From: Phyllosticta citribraziliensis | Lineage: Eukaryota | Assembly: GCF_038025025.1 (NCBI RefSeq) | Contig: NW_027117352.1 | Coordinates: 124,001-188,000, forward strand | Length of the DNA: 64,000 bases | Reading direction: 5' to 3' | In this document: positions 63,279 through 64,000 of the stretch, in pieces | Position numbering within the stretch: the stretch's first letter is position 1 | How the letters are laid out: each line of letters opens with the position of its first letter | The notes under the pieces: model-generated | Told to the model about the DNA's origin: nothing | Database searches by the model: none | Seen by the model: only the letters and a program-made list of their open reading frames with translations | Made by a program: the position numbers and the translations under genes

Positions 63279-64000
63279 TCAGGGATGTGTCTCCAAGGTG
63301 TCCATATCCGTACACTCCATATTGTCCTCAATGGTAGTGACGGAGCGCCAGACTCCAGTAGTCCTCGACGAGGGTAAGCTGGAAGGAAGATCTTCAAGAT
63401 CAAGATCGAGTTCAAAAAAGGGCAAAATGTTGCGACGGACATGGCGTCGGTGGCGATATCGGCCCTGCTGGCCAGGACGAAGGCCTCGGGACTGGATTGG
63501 TGACTGGCTTGGCCCTGATGGCAAGGGTTCTGGAGAAATTGGCGTGTTAGAAGTTAGTCTGCCCGAAGTACGAAAGAAAACAGAAAGTGGTGCCAGGTAT
63601 GGATGGTTCAAAACCAAAATATCCATCATGGAGCGCTCAGTGATTGGTGACGGTCCCAGACAAGGAGAGTCCACCAGATTGTGTGGGTCGAGTTGTTGAC
63701 CACGGACCGTCCGGAGTAAGAGATGAACTGACCTGACGCTCCGCAGTTGCGCCTTGTCGAGTCCTTCTTCATGACGGTTGCCATGAATGGCCAGAACCAT
63801 TTCCGACACATGAAGCCGGTGAGTGGAACGGCCACTGCCAGAGCTAATCCAGCTAAACCGATTTTGGCCTCCATTGACCAAGTGGCATCGTTCTCTGGCG
63901 CTGAGTATGATCAGTACTGAATCAGACTGTTGTTTTGGGAAGCGACGAACCAATGAAGCCAGTTGAAGATGCATTTAATAGGTCGGTATGCACAGATTCG
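63279..64000 (-). CDS. Orphan single-pass membrane protein, copy B (5' end may lie beyond the window)
   Basis: Intron 63950-63901; exon ..NDATWSMEAKIGLAGLALAVAVPLTGFMCRKWFWP..ASG; intron 63732-63530 (GTCAGT..CTAAC..CAG); exon ..GRYRHRRHVRRNILPFFELD..*. Confidence 0.6.

Noticed and set aside
1..64000. Transposons, RIP-degraded AT-rich blocks, tRNA/rRNA genes, CRISPR arrays
   Set aside because: No terminal repeats, transposase/RT motifs, cloverleaf structures or repeat-spacer arrays were seen; the sequence is eukaryotic

Overview
Gene-dense, GC-rich euchromatic segment of a filamentous ascomycete genome (Pezizomycotina; Dothideomycete-like by inference). It has short GT-AG introns with CTRAC branch points and microsatellite-rich intergenic DNA. 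I saw no transposon, rRNA, tRNA or CRISPR array. Recognisable conserved genes, in order: VTS1, a GPI-anchored GH16 glucanase, PKR1, SMD1, a TauD-like dioxygenase, NUP42/AMO1, GPI1, GRC3, RPA34, apsB/mto1, a BTB protein, SEC14, PDI1, ATG22, MED14, SRO7, ASF1, CHS4/SKT5 and HOP2. Manual splicing reveals features hidden from the ORF track. (1) A 3-exon, 92-aa membrane-protein ORF stops only 20 nt before the GPI1 start codon, making a candidate bicistronic GPI1 locus. (2) A tandem pair of paralogous orphan single-pass membrane-protein genes at 61-64 kb share a TM motif and intron positions. (3) A 3-exon orphan gene lies at 30.9 kb. (4) The CHS4 CAAX box is split by an intron. Gene names come from motif recognition, not database searches, and exon boundaries were inferred by eye.
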